A stretch of 64,000 nt of DNA from the NCBI GenBank assembly GCA_031364845.1, contig JANLWX010000156.1, positions 1-64,000 on the forward strand, read 5' to 3'. The position numbers and the translations under genes are program-made. This DNA comes from Candidatus Eiseniibacteriota bacterium. GTDB taxonomy: Bacteria; Eisenbacteria; RBG-16-71-46. Within the stretch, counting starts at the first letter, position 1. The number at the start of each line of letters is the position of its first letter. The notes beneath the pieces were generated by a model, which was given only the letters and a program-made list of their open reading frames with translations, did not search any database and was not told where the DNA came from. Of this stretch, positions 31,832 to 40,874 are shown one piece after another.

Positions 31832-32338
31832 CTACATCCGGCGGATCACCTCGAAACGCTTCGGATCCTCGATGAACGTGGATTTGGTTTCTTCGCTCTC
31901 GAAGAAATAAGGTCCGCCGACCCACCACACTTCGGGTGATCGCGCCGAGGGGCGAAAGCGCCGGCCCGTCACCGGGTCGCGCACGAATCCGGTCCACAGC
32001 GCGGGTGTCTTCATGAATCGCTGGAGCGTGCTCTCGCTCGAGAATCGATAGACCTCTCCGTTCACGCGAAACTGGAGATCACGGCTGAGCGATCCGAGCT
32101 TGCGCGGATCGACCGGGTCCCACAGCGCACGCTGAAGATGGAACAGCGCCCAGTCGGCATCGATGACCGGTCCCAACGGGACCGAAACCGGCTCTCAGGT
32201 GAATCGCGACGACGGCGGTCCGATCAGCGCGCCGAGCGAATCGGCGGCCGCGGTCGCGGCGGGCGTAGCCTGCGCGAGCGGCGCAGGCGTGCTCAGGACG
32301 AGGACCAGCATCAGCGGCATCATGGCGAACACGAGCAT
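31832..32338 (-). CDS. Secreted tandem YHS-like protein interrupted by an in-frame TGA at 32195-32197
   Basis: Signal-peptide-like segment is in frame across the TGA with two units, DPVD...YRFSSE...F..TP and DPVTG...YFFESE...F..DP. Confidence 0.6.
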
Positions 32339-32448
32339 AAGGCGACTCGCGCTTCTGGCGCCAGCGGCGCGTCTCAACGGAGTTTCGATGAAGGCGACCA
32401 GAGCGTCGATCGTCACGGCCACCGCCGGGTGCGGAGGCCGATAGGATC

Positions 32449-33780
32449 TCAGCGCACTTCCGCCATCGAGCGCCCCGCCAGCCGGCCCAGCGTCACCGCC
32501 ATGCGCTTCGCCTGGCTGCCCAGCGTGCGCAGATCGGCGGTCTCTTCGACGGTGTGGCCGCCCCCGCCCATGAGTCCGACACCGTCCATCGCCATTTCGA
32601 CATGCCCTTCGGTGAACGAAACGTCGGCAGCTCCCGCGCGCGCGGGATCGACCGCCGACACGGTACCGAATCCGAGATCCTGGCTCGCACGGTCGAACAT
32701 CGCGAGCAGCCGGCGATTGCCCTCTGCCGGTGCAAGCGGTGGATACATGTCGTTGAATCGAAGCTCGGCGCCGCCCTGGGGCAAGTGGGCGGCAGCGATG
32801 CGTTGCATCACGGCCTTGGCCCGTTCGCGCTGTTCGATCGACAGCGCGCGGAGATCGCCGGACACGAGCGTGCTCTCGGCGATCACGTTGTTCTTGCCGA
32901 ACGCCGTGCCGCGACCGGAGCGCGATTCGAGCGACGCCGACGTCCCTCCGACGATCACGCCTGGATTGAACGTGAGATACGGTTCGCGCGTGAGCGAATC
33001 CCGGAACGACTGGAGGATGCGAGCGGCCTCGAAGATCGCACCGCTGCCGATGTCGGGACGGAAGATCTGCGACGAGTGCGAAGGCTTGCCTGAGGTTCGC
33101 AACGTCCAGCTCGAGGCACTGCGGCGGCTCACCACCGCCATGCGGGGGTCGCCGGCTCCATCTTCGAAGCCGATCGCGATATCCGCGGCCATTGCCGCCG
33201 CCACGAGATCGCGGCGCGCGAGTGTGAGCGGTGAGCCGGCGTTTTCTTCGTCCCCGCTCAGCACGACGGTGATCTGCAGCCGATCGAGCGCACCGGTCTC
33301 CCTCAGCGCGCGCAGCGCAAGCAGCATGACGATATTGCCGCCCTTCATGTCGCAGACACCGGGACCTCGGGCCGTGGAGTCGTCGAGGCGCTGGTAGCGC
33401 TGGAACGGGCTGTCGGGCTCGAACACCGTGTCCAGATGTCCGATCAGCAGGACATGAGGGCCGCGTCCGGGACGCTCGGCGATCAGATGGCCGGCGCGTC
33501 CCCACTCGGCGCCGTCGGCCCATCGAACGTTGAAGCCGAGCGCCTTGAACTCGGAGCGGAACAGCTGGCCGACTTCCCGTACACCGTCGAAGTTCATGGT
33601 GCCGCTGTTTACGTTGACGGTGCGTTCGAGCAGTGCGAGCGCGTCGGGTGTAGCTCGGTCGACGACGTCGACCATCCGGCGTTCGGCGGCGGAGAGAGAA
33701 CCTGCGGCTTCGGCAGTGGAGCCCGTGGAGAGCCCGGCGGCGAGCAGGATCGCGGCGATCCAGTACGGCGATGAATTCAT
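32449..33780 (-). CDS. Secreted M20 metallopeptidase (carboxypeptidase G2-like)
   Basis: GHLDTVF; GPGVCDMKGG; GDEE; FED; GGHTVEE. Confidence 0.93.
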   Translation of the reverse strand: MNSSPYWIAAILLAAGLSTGSTAEAAGSLSAAERRMVDVVDRATPDALALLERTVNVNSGTMNFDGVREVGQLFRSEFKALGFNVRWADGAEWGRAGHLIAERPGRGPHVLLIGHLDTVFEPDSPFQRYQRLDDSTARGPGVCDMKGGNIVMLLALRALRETGALDRLQITVVLSGDEENAGSPLTLARRDLVAAAMAADIAIGFEDGAGDPRMAVVSRRSASSWTLRTSGKPSHSSQIFRPDIGSGAIFEAARILQSFRDSLTREPYLTFNPGVIVGGTSASLESRSGRGTAFGKNNVIAESTLVSGDLRALSIEQRERAKAVMQRIAAAHLPQGGAELRFNDMYPPLAPAEGNRRLLAMFDRASQDLGFGTVSAVDPARAGAADVSFTEGHVEMAMDGVGLMGGGGHTVEETADLRTLGSQAKRMAVTLGRLAGRSMAEVR

Positions 33781-33842
33781 GGAGCGTTCGATGGTCTCAA
33801 CTCCATCTGAAGTCTTCGCCGATTCTCGATTCGCTGACCGCC

Positions 33843-34292
33843 TCAGCGCGCCGATCGCTCGAGAAGGCGCTGCTCGTGCCGATCGCGAACTGCATGCATC
33901 AGCGCGCGTGCCGCGTGAACCAACAACCACGCCTTCACATCGACGATGGAATCTTTGGATTCCCGGTCGCGGTAGGCCGAAACAAAAGCCACTTTCATGA
34001 CCGACGCCGCGCGTGCCTCGTCCAACACACCACATGCGAACCCGTAAATCCGGCCACGGTGCCGCCGAACGATTTCATCGAACGCGCACTCGTCACCGCG
34101 ACCCGCAAACCGCATGAGATCCTCGTCGGTGCGCACACGGTACGGGATGGCCGCGATTATTACACGCAACTTCTGTCCGGATCGAGAAATTGCAGGGGAC
34201 TGGCTCGGCCCGTTCGAACGACCCGCGGCCACGAGGGACGAATCCTGCTTCAACGTTTTCTTGAGATTGGAGTTCATGTTGTCCCTTTGCAT
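33843..34292 (-). CDS. Sigma-70 region-2-only (ECF-like) protein lacking region 4
   Basis: TDEDLMRFAGRGDECAFDEIVRRHRGRIYGFA...AFVSAYR...VKAWLL; stop follows about 25 aa later; start uncertain. Confidence 0.7.
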   Translation of the reverse strand: MQRDNMNSNLKKTLKQDSSLVAAGRSNGPSQSPAISRSGQKLRVIIAAIPYRVRTDEDLMRFAGRGDECAFDEIVRRHRGRIYGFACGVLDEARAASVMKVAFVSAYRDRESKDSIVDVKAWLLVHAARALMHAVRDRHEQRLLERSAR

Positions 34293-34360
34293 GGTGTGTT
34301 CGTGCCGGCGAGGGGCGAGCGGATGCGAGTCTCGATCTGCCGACGATCGTGTTGGACAGA

Positions 34361-34376
34361 GCGCGATTCATGCCAA
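34361..34376 (-). promoter_or_regulatory. Candidate sigma-54 promoter of the sigma-2-only gene
   Basis: Minus strand TTGGCATGAATCGCGC (GG-N10-GC). Confidence 0.55.
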
Positions 34377-34441
34377 GGGTTCCGGTACTGCAAGCATTTG
34401 CGGTGCAACGACTCACGCCTCGCATCTTCGAGTCAGCGTGA

Positions 34442-34473
34442 TGCAAAGTGTGCAAACGTTTGTACGCGCTACA
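34442..34473 (-). promoter_or_regulatory. Paired palindromic sites, candidate enhancer (UAS)
   Basis: Plus strand TGCA-AAGTG-TGCA (34442-34454) and TGTA-CGCGC-TACA (34461-34473). Confidence 0.5.
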
Positions 34474-34569
34474 CGAATCCCCGAACCGATGATCCGGTTT
34501 GCCGAGAAGGGCAGCCGTGCCCATACTCCACATCGTCCACCACCGAACCGACCCCGAGAGAAAGCGCCC

Positions 34570-35946
34570 ATGATCCGTGCATTGGTGATCGACGACGACA
34601 CTGACTTCAGGACGAGCCTCGCCCACCTCGTGCGCAGCGAGGGCTTCGAAGTCATCGCCGCGGGATCGATGTCGGAGGCGCGCGAGCACATGGGTTCCAG
34701 GCCCGAGCTGATCCTCACGGACCTCGGACTGCCGGACGGCCAGGGCATCGATGTGTTTGGAGACATCGCCGAAGGCTATTCCCCGGACGTCGTGATCGTG
34801 ACGGGACAGGCGAGTCTCGACACCGCCGTGCAGGCGCTGCGCAGCGGCGCGCTCGACTACCTCACCAAGCCGGTCGACTTTCCACGGCTCAAGGCGGTGC
34901 TCGCCAATGTCCTGCGAACCCGGGCACTCAAGGAAGAAATCGGTTCTTTGCGTGGCGAACTGCGCAAACTCGGAAGGTTCGGGGGCCTGATCGGGGCCTC
35001 GGAGTCGATGCAGCGCGTCTACGACCACATCAGCAAAGTCGGGCCCACGAGCGCTTCGGTTTTCATCACCGGCGAGAGCGGCACGGGCAAGGAACTCGTC
35101 GCGCAGAACGTTCACGAAATGAGCCGTCGCAAGAAGCAGCTGTTCCTGCCGATCAACTGCGGTGCGATTCAGCCCACGCTCATCGAGAGCGAACTCTTCG
35201 GCCACGAGCGCGGCAGCTTTACGGGCGCCAACCAGCTCCGGCGCGGGCACTTCGAGCGGGCTTCGGGGGGCACCATGTTCCTCGACGAGATCACCGAGAT
35301 GCCGATTGAACTCCAGGTGAAATTGCTGAGGGTGCTGGAGTCGGGAACGCTGATGCGGCTCGGCGGAAGCGACCTCGTACCGGTCGATGTGCGCGTGATC
35401 GCCGCCACCAACCGGCCGCCGGATCAGGCGGTGGCGGACGGCAAGCTGCGCGCGGACCTCTATTACCGTCTCAACGTGTTTCCGATCTCGATTCCGCCGC
35501 TGCGCGACCGCGGCGCGGACATCATCGTGCTGGCCGAGTACTTTCTCGATCAGCTCAATCGCGCCGAAGGAACTTCGAAACGCCTGAGCCCCGCGGCGCG
35601 GGCCCGGATTTCCACGCACCACTGGCCGGGCAACGTTCGCGAGCTCAAGAACGAGGTCCATCGCGCATACATCCTCGCCGACGAGGTCGTGGAGTTCGAG
35701 GGTCTCGCGCGCGAATCCGGCCCCACAACCGCAGAAGTGGAATCAGGACCCGTCCAGACGATTCGCGTTGGGACCCCGCTCGCGGAAGTCGAACGCAGGC
35801 TGATCCTCTCGACGCTCGAGTCGTGCGGCGGCGACAAACGCAAGGCGTCGGCGATGCTCGGCATCAGCCTCAAGACGCTCTACAACCGGATCAATCTGTA
35901 CGCCGGTGGCGAAGCGCGGGATGCCGAGCCGACCCACGGCGTTTGA
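34570..35946 (+). CDS. Sigma-54-dependent response regulator (REC-AAA+-Fis HTH)
   Basis: LVIDDD; GESGTGKE; ESELFGHERGSFTGA; WPGNVRELKN; LGISLKTLYNR. Confidence 0.97.
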   Translation: MIRALVIDDDTDFRTSLAHLVRSEGFEVIAAGSMSEAREHMGSRPELILTDLGLPDGQGIDVFGDIAEGYSPDVVIVTGQASLDTAVQALRSGALDYLTKPVDFPRLKAVLANVLRTRALKEEIGSLRGELRKLGRFGGLIGASESMQRVYDHISKVGPTSASVFITGESGTGKELVAQNVHEMSRRKKQLFLPINCGAIQPTLIESELFGHERGSFTGANQLRRGHFERASGGTMFLDEITEMPIELQVKLLRVLESGTLMRLGGSDLVPVDVRVIAATNRPPDQAVADGKLRADLYYRLNVFPISIPPLRDRGADIIVLAEYFLDQLNRAEGTSKRLSPAARARISTHHWPGNVRELKNEVHRAYILADEVVEFEGLARESGPTTAEVESGPVQTIRVGTPLAEVERRLILSTLESCGGDKRKASAMLGISLKTLYNRINLYAGGEARDAEPTHGV

Positions 35947-35970
35947 TTTCGTCTCGGTCAGAGGTCGTGT

Positions 35971-36375
35971 TCAAGCGCTGGTGATGGTCGCCGGACTTTC
36001 TCCAACGTTCGCGTCGTGCGGGGCGCGGAACGCTTCCAGCTTACCCTCGCGCTGCGAAGGCCCGCGATCGCGAATGCCTTTGGCCGTTCGAGCCGAGACT
36101 TCGAGGATGCTCGAGGCATACTCCCGAACATCGCCCGTTGAGTGGAGACGAATCATTTCGGCGTAGTTGGTGATCGCACCCAACGGCTGCATCATCTCGT
36201 GTGAGACCGAGCGCGCACTGCGTTCCAGTCTCTGGAGCTCGGCACGCATTTCGTCGATCTGCTTGCCGAGCGCCTCGCGCTCCCGCCGCTGCCGCACGCT
36301 CGAAATCCACAGCGCAGCCACACACGCCGCCAGGGCGAGCCACGCGAGCGGCCGAATCAACGATCCGAAGTCCAT
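35971..36375 (-). CDS. Membrane-anchored HisKA(DHp)-only protein without ATPase domain
   Basis: GGGGAGG RBS; TM helix, coiled coil, SVSHEMMQPLGAITNYAEMI H-box; no N, G1, F or G2 boxes. Confidence 0.7.
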   Translation of the reverse strand: MDFGSLIRPLAWLALAACVAALWISSVRQRREREALGKQIDEMRAELQRLERSARSVSHEMMQPLGAITNYAEMIRLHSTGDVREYASSILEVSARTAKGIRDRGPSQREGKLEAFRAPHDANVGESPATITSA

Positions 36376-36551
36376 CGCCATCCTCCCCTTCGTGGTCTGC
36401 ACGCGCAGATCCTTCGCGGCGAGCGAATTATTGCACAAACTTCACGACGGTCCCTTCATGACACAGACCGGGGCCGGCTCCTGGTCTGAGGAATTGCGTC
36501 AAAGAGTATTCGCGCAACAGCTTGCCGGAAACGTTCAGCCCCCCCCTGTGC

Positions 36552-36567
36552 TGGCACCGAAATGGCT
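36552..36567 (+). promoter_or_regulatory. Candidate sigma-54 promoter for the BON gene
   Basis: TGGCACCGAAATGGCT (GG-N10-GC) in an AT-richer intergenic region. Confidence 0.65.
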
Positions 36568-36655
36568 AATTGGATGGATTTGCTCAATTTACGTGGTTCT
36601 TCTTACAACGGCCACGCTGTGGAAAACCATGTCATGCCGACCTGAAGGCTGGTAC

Positions 36656-37714
36656 ATGACCTCACTCCCGAACCTCACGAGAATTCCCCCACTTCTAGCG
36701 GTGTTCGCCGGCATCGTCACGACCGCGATGATGCTGACGTTTGCCGATGTGACGAGCGCGGCGCCCGATCCCTGGCTGACGGGCATGGTCAAGGTCTCGT
36801 TGTTGTCACAGCTCCCGAGCGGTCTCGGTGTCGATGTCGACACGTTCGATGGGCGTGTGACGCTTCACGGCAAGGTCGGAACCGAACTCGAGCGCCTCGA
36901 CGCCGAACGACTCGCGCGCGGCGTGAACGGGGTGCGCGCGGTTCGCAATCTGCTTCAAGTCGTGCCCACCAGCCGCAGAAGTGTCGTCGAGGTTGCCGAC
37001 GATCGGCTGACCCAGCGCGTAGCGGTCAAGCTCAAAGGCGATCGGGCACTTTCCAACAGCAGCATCGCGGTCAAGTCGGTGAACGCCGGCGTCGTGCTCC
37101 TGCACGGTCACGCTCACACGCTCTCCGACCATCTGCGCGCGCTCGAACTCACGTCGCGCGTCCCCGGAGTCCAGCGTGTCGCATCGGAGATCGAGAGCCC
37201 CGAAGCGTTTGCGGACAATGATCTCTGGTACGGCGACGCTCCTCCTCGCGGCACGGCTTCACGCGCGCTTCACGATGCATGGGTCACATCGAGGATCCGC
37301 TTGAAATTGATGGCAGACCCCGAAGTTCCCGCGAACGACATCAGTGTCGACACCGAGAGCGGCCGCGTGACGCTGTTCGGCGTCGTTCCGAGCCTCGCCG
37401 CGCGCGATGCGGCGGCGGCCGCCGCGCGCGGCACCGGGGGCGTGCTGTCCGTGAAGAATGATCTGCGGATCGTCGCTCCCACCGAGCACAGCCGCATCCG
37501 GGCCGAGGATCGTGAGCTCGAGAGCATCGTCCAGTCACGGCTCGTTGCGAGCGGCTTCCCGCAGGGAATCGATGTCGACGTCAAAGCCGGCGTCGGTCGT
37601 GTGAGCGGCAAGGTGAATTCATGGGCCGATCGATACGCGGTGCTCACGGTGGCGAGAAGCACCGAAGGCGTGCGCGCGATTCGCGACGACCTGATCGTGA
37701 CCGGAACTCCATAA
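36656..37714 (+). CDS. Secreted four-BON-domain protein (OsmY-like)
   Basis: Four repeats of V.VD...G.VTL.G.V...A....GV..V.N.L; N-terminal hydrophobic segment. Confidence 0.92.
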   Translation: MTSLPNLTRIPPLLAVFAGIVTTAMMLTFADVTSAAPDPWLTGMVKVSLLSQLPSGLGVDVDTFDGRVTLHGKVGTELERLDAERLARGVNGVRAVRNLLQVVPTSRRSVVEVADDRLTQRVAVKLKGDRALSNSSIAVKSVNAGVVLLHGHAHTLSDHLRALELTSRVPGVQRVASEIESPEAFADNDLWYGDAPPRGTASRALHDAWVTSRIRLKLMADPEVPANDISVDTESGRVTLFGVVPSLAARDAAAAAARGTGGVLSVKNDLRIVAPTEHSRIRAEDRELESIVQSRLVASGFPQGIDVDVKAGVGRVSGKVNSWADRYAVLTVARSTEGVRAIRDDLIVTGTP

Positions 37715-37748
37715 CAGGATCTGGCCGAAAGAGATAAGGATCGAACCC

Positions 37749-39368
37749 TTGGCATTCGAACGCAACGCGACCCGGCACCTCGACGCCGAAAAGGATGGCC
37801 CTGGCCGCCCCGCGGGGTCGTCCGTACCCGATCCTGCTGTGGCGGAGCGGGCTCTGCGTGAGACCGAGGAACGCCTCGCACTCGCTCTCGAATGCGGGCG
37901 CATGGGAATCTGGGAGTGGGATCTTGCCACCGACCGCGTGGAGTGGTCGCGGAGCCTCGAGAAGATCCATGGCAGTCCCTCGGGCACCTTCGGCGGACGG
38001 CTCGCAGACTTTCGCAGGAGTATCCATCCTGACGACGAGGCCCGTGTCCTCGACACCGTCCGTCAGACCGCCGCCACCGGTGTGCCCTGCCAGGTTCAAT
38101 ACCGGATCATCGATCCCGAAGGGCGGATCGTGTGGCTCGAGGCCCGCGGCCGCCTGTTGCGCGGAGCCGACGACGAGCCCGAGCGCGTGATGGGCCTGTG
38201 CAGTGACATCACCGAACGCAAGCGCGCCGAAACGGCGTTCGATGAAATCGCCCGGCGCAAGGATGGCTTCCTCGCGCTCCTCGGACACGAACTGCGCAAC
38301 CCGCTGGCTCCGATCGTGAACTGCATGCAGGTCATCCGGCAGCCGAGCGCCACTCTCGCGGACATCGAGCACGCTTGGCAGATCATGGAGCGCCAGGTCG
38401 GACATCTGAGCCGCCTCGTGGACGACCTGCTGGACGTGTCGCGCACGGCGAGCGGCAGGATCGTTCTATCGAAGGAGCGCGTCGACCTCGTGGCGCTCAT
38501 TCGTCAGGAGATCGTCCATCATCAGGTGCTGATGCGGGCCAAAGGACTCTCGGTGGTGCAGGAACTCCCCGAGGGTCCGGTCATGATCGATGGAGATCCC
38601 ACACGGATCTCGCAAGTGCTGGGCAACCTCCTGCACAACTCGGCCAAGTTCACCGAGCGCGGAGGCAGCGTGACGATCCAACTGCGTCATGAACCCGACG
38701 ACGCCGTACTCATCGTTCGCGACACCGGTGTGGGAATCTCGGCCGACGTTCTGGAGCGCGTTTTCGAACCCTTCAGTCAAGCCGAAGCGGGGCTGGATCG
38801 CTCGCGCGGCGGACTCGGCCTCGGACTCGCCGTGGTCAAGGCAATGGTCGATCTGCACGGGGGAACGGTCGAGGCGCATAGCGAAGGAGACGGCACCGGC
38901 TCGGAATTCACGGTGCGTCTTCCGCTGGCTGCGGGACGTGACGCTGGGGTGGAAATCGAATCGCGTTCACCGGTCGCCGGTCCGCTGCGCATCCTGCTCA
39001 TCGAGGACAACCCCGATGCCGCGATGAGCATGCGGCTCATGCTGGAACTGGAGAATCATCAGGTCGCGGTCGCGAACGAAGGCGGTCCCGGGCTCGATCT
39101 GGCGCGCGAATTCACGCCCGATCTCGTGCTGTGCGACATCGGGCTCCCCGGTGCGTGGGACGGTTACGCGGTGGCGCGCGCGTTTCGCGCCGATCCCGCG
39201 CTGAGTTCGATCCCGCTCGTCGCGTTCACCGGCTATGGACAGACCGGGGATCGCGAGCGCTCGCTTGCGGCCGGCTTCGATGCCCATCTCACGAAGCCCG
39301 TCCGCTACGAAACGTTGCGCCGGATGTTCGTCTCTCTGGGGCTGAGGTCGGTGACGCGCCTGCGATGA
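37749..39368 (+). CDS. Hybrid sensor kinase (PAS-HisKA-HATPase-REC)
   Basis: MGIWEWD, IHPDD; GHELRNPL; NLLHNSAKFT; GGLGLGL; LCDIGLP; HLTKP. Confidence 0.95.
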   Translation: MAFERNATRHLDAEKDGPGRPAGSSVPDPAVAERALRETEERLALALECGRMGIWEWDLATDRVEWSRSLEKIHGSPSGTFGGRLADFRRSIHPDDEARVLDTVRQTAATGVPCQVQYRIIDPEGRIVWLEARGRLLRGADDEPERVMGLCSDITERKRAETAFDEIARRKDGFLALLGHELRNPLAPIVNCMQVIRQPSATLADIEHAWQIMERQVGHLSRLVDDLLDVSRTASGRIVLSKERVDLVALIRQEIVHHQVLMRAKGLSVVQELPEGPVMIDGDPTRISQVLGNLLHNSAKFTERGGSVTIQLRHEPDDAVLIVRDTGVGISADVLERVFEPFSQAEAGLDRSRGGLGLGLAVVKAMVDLHGGTVEAHSEGDGTGSEFTVRLPLAAGRDAGVEIESRSPVAGPLRILLIEDNPDAAMSMRLMLELENHQVAVANEGGPGLDLAREFTPDLVLCDIGLPGAWDGYAVARAFRADPALSSIPLVAFTGYGQTGDRERSLAAGFDAHLTKPVRYETLRRMFVSLGLRSVTRLR

Positions 39369-39432
39369 ATCGTGACGGACGGAACGTCACGAAATCGTGT
39401 GTACAGGACGCCTTCCGAACGTTGTGAGTCGA

Positions 39433-39465
39433 TGTAGCAACTACACTTCGGCTGCAACCGTTACA
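39433..39465 (+). promoter_or_regulatory. Paired palindromic sites, candidate enhancer (UAS)
   Basis: TGTA-GCAAC-TACA (39433-39445) and TGCA-ACCGT-TACA (39453-39465), 20 bp apart. Confidence 0.55.
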
Positions 39466-39529
39466 GCCTCAGCGCCCTCCAAATCATCGATTCAAGCGCC
39501 AACTCCCCGTGTTTTACCGGATTTCGCGT

Positions 39530-39545
39530 TGGCACGAGAGGTGCC
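39530..39545 (+). promoter_or_regulatory. Candidate sigma-54 promoter for the small stress-gene operon
   Basis: TGGCACGAGAGGTGCC (GG-N10-GC). Confidence 0.7.
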
Positions 39546-39624
39546 TTTTGCTCAGCCGTCGCTCACGAATGCGTGAGCAGTTGCCAGAGCCAGAGGATGA
39601 CACCCCAGCGAAAAGGAATGTCCT

Positions 39625-40050
39625 ATGCCCGTGTTGATTCAGGCCTGCATCGTCGTTGCGACGATTGCTGTGGTTGCGATCGCAATAGCCGTCGTACGCA
39701 CCATGCTTCGCCTCGATCGGGCAGCGACCGAATTGGGGCGCACGCTGCGCGTCATTCGGGTGAAAGTCGAAGACACGGCCGACGACGTGCGCGGAATGGT
39801 TTCCACCGTTGAAACGGTCATGCCCCATATCACACGTATCGTCACTCGCTTCGAAAACGTAGGCGAGCAGATTGGATCCGTGGGTGAGCGAACGGTTCGT
39901 CTCTCCCACACCGTGCTGGATGAGATCGAGGCGCCCATCCGCACGGCAGCAGCTCTGGTGAACGGAATCCGGTCGGGATCCTCGCGACTCATGAGGTCCC
40001 TCCAGAACCGGATCGCTCACCGACAGGCGACCTCAAACGGAGGAATGTGA
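39625..40050 (+). CDS. DUF948/YoxC(YtxG)-like membrane-anchored coiled-coil protein
   Basis: AAGGA RBS; N-terminal TM plus amphipathic helix; immediately upstream of the YtxH gene. Confidence 0.7.
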   Translation: MPVLIQACIVVATIAVVAIAIAVVRTMLRLDRAATELGRTLRVIRVKVEDTADDVRGMVSTVETVMPHITRIVTRFENVGEQIGSVGERTVRLSHTVLDEIEAPIRTAAALVNGIRSGSSRLMRSLQNRIAHRQATSNGGM

Positions 40051-40052
40051 TC

Positions 40053-40394
40053 ATGAATGATCGTGAGTGGAATGACGTGGCGCGTGGGTCGTCGAATCAG
40101 TTCGCCGGATTCATCGTCGGTCTGGCGGTCGGTGCGGGACTGGCCCTGTTGATGGCTCCTGCGAGCGGCTCGGATACGCGCCGGCGCCTGGGTGAGACCG
40201 CCAACCGTCTCGGCAAGGATGCTCGTGAAGGCATGGGTCAGGCGCGCGAGAAGATGCACGACCTCGCCGACGATGCGAAGTCGGCGCTCGACAGCGGTCG
40301 CAAGGCGTTCCAGCGCGTGCGCGACGGCGCCGAGACCGCGGCGACCGAATTCGGAGATACGGCCACCAGTTCACGACCCAGTCGAATCGTTTAA
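40053..40394 (+). CDS. YtxH domain protein
   Basis: FIVGLAVGAGLALLMAPASGSDTRRRL. Confidence 0.92.
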   Translation: MNDREWNDVARGSSNQFAGFIVGLAVGAGLALLMAPASGSDTRRRLGETANRLGKDAREGMGQAREKMHDLADDAKSALDSGRKAFQRVRDGAETAATEFGDTATSSRPSRIV

Positions 40395-40484
40395 CTCAAC
40401 CTCCCGCGATCCCAGATGGGGTCGCGGGTCTCAGCGGCGGCAACACCCGGCAGGGTCTCGAGCCGGCCGCAAAAAGGAGACACC

Positions 40485-40634
40485 ATGCTGTATACGATCG
40501 CAGTCATCCTGGTCGTGATGTGGGTGCTGGGTATGGTCACGTCCTACACGCTTGGCGGACTCGTTCATCTGCTTCTCGCGCTCGCCATCATCTCGGTCCT
40601 GGTACGCGTCATTCAGGGACGCAGGCCCGTCTGA
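40485..40634 (+). CDS. lmo0937/DUF5670 family small membrane protein
   Basis: AAGGAG RBS; MLYTIAVILVVMWVLG...GGLVHLLL...IQGRRP. Confidence 0.9.
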   Translation: MLYTIAVILVVMWVLGMVTSYTLGGLVHLLLALAIISVLVRVIQGRRPV

Positions 40635-40655
40635 TCACCCTTCGCAGGAGTTAGC

Positions 40656-40868
40656 ATGAAACCGCTGGGCATCTTGTTGATCGTGCTGGGTGCGTTGTCG
40701 TTCGTATATGGAGGCATCAGTTACACGCGCCGCGAGAAGGTCGTCGATCTCGGTCCGATCGAGGCTTCCGTGGACAAGAAGGAACGACTGCCGCTTCCCC
40801 CGATCATCGGTGGAGTCGCACTCGTGGCGGGAGCCTTCATCCTGATGTCGAACCGCAAGTCGGCCTGA
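40656..40868 (+). CDS. DUF3185-like small membrane protein
   Basis: GGISYTRREKVVDLGPIEA...PLPPIIGG. Confidence 0.8.
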   Translation: MKPLGILLIVLGALSFVYGGISYTRREKVVDLGPIEASVDKKERLPLPPIIGGVALVAGAFILMSNRKSA

Positions 40869-40874
40869 AACAGA

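Noticed and set aside
34114..34569. N-terminal extensions in the ORF track (34114, 36167, 46397, 51671 and others)
   Set aside because: Domain boundaries, RBS positions and overlap with promoter motifs or neighbouring genes favour the downstream starts.
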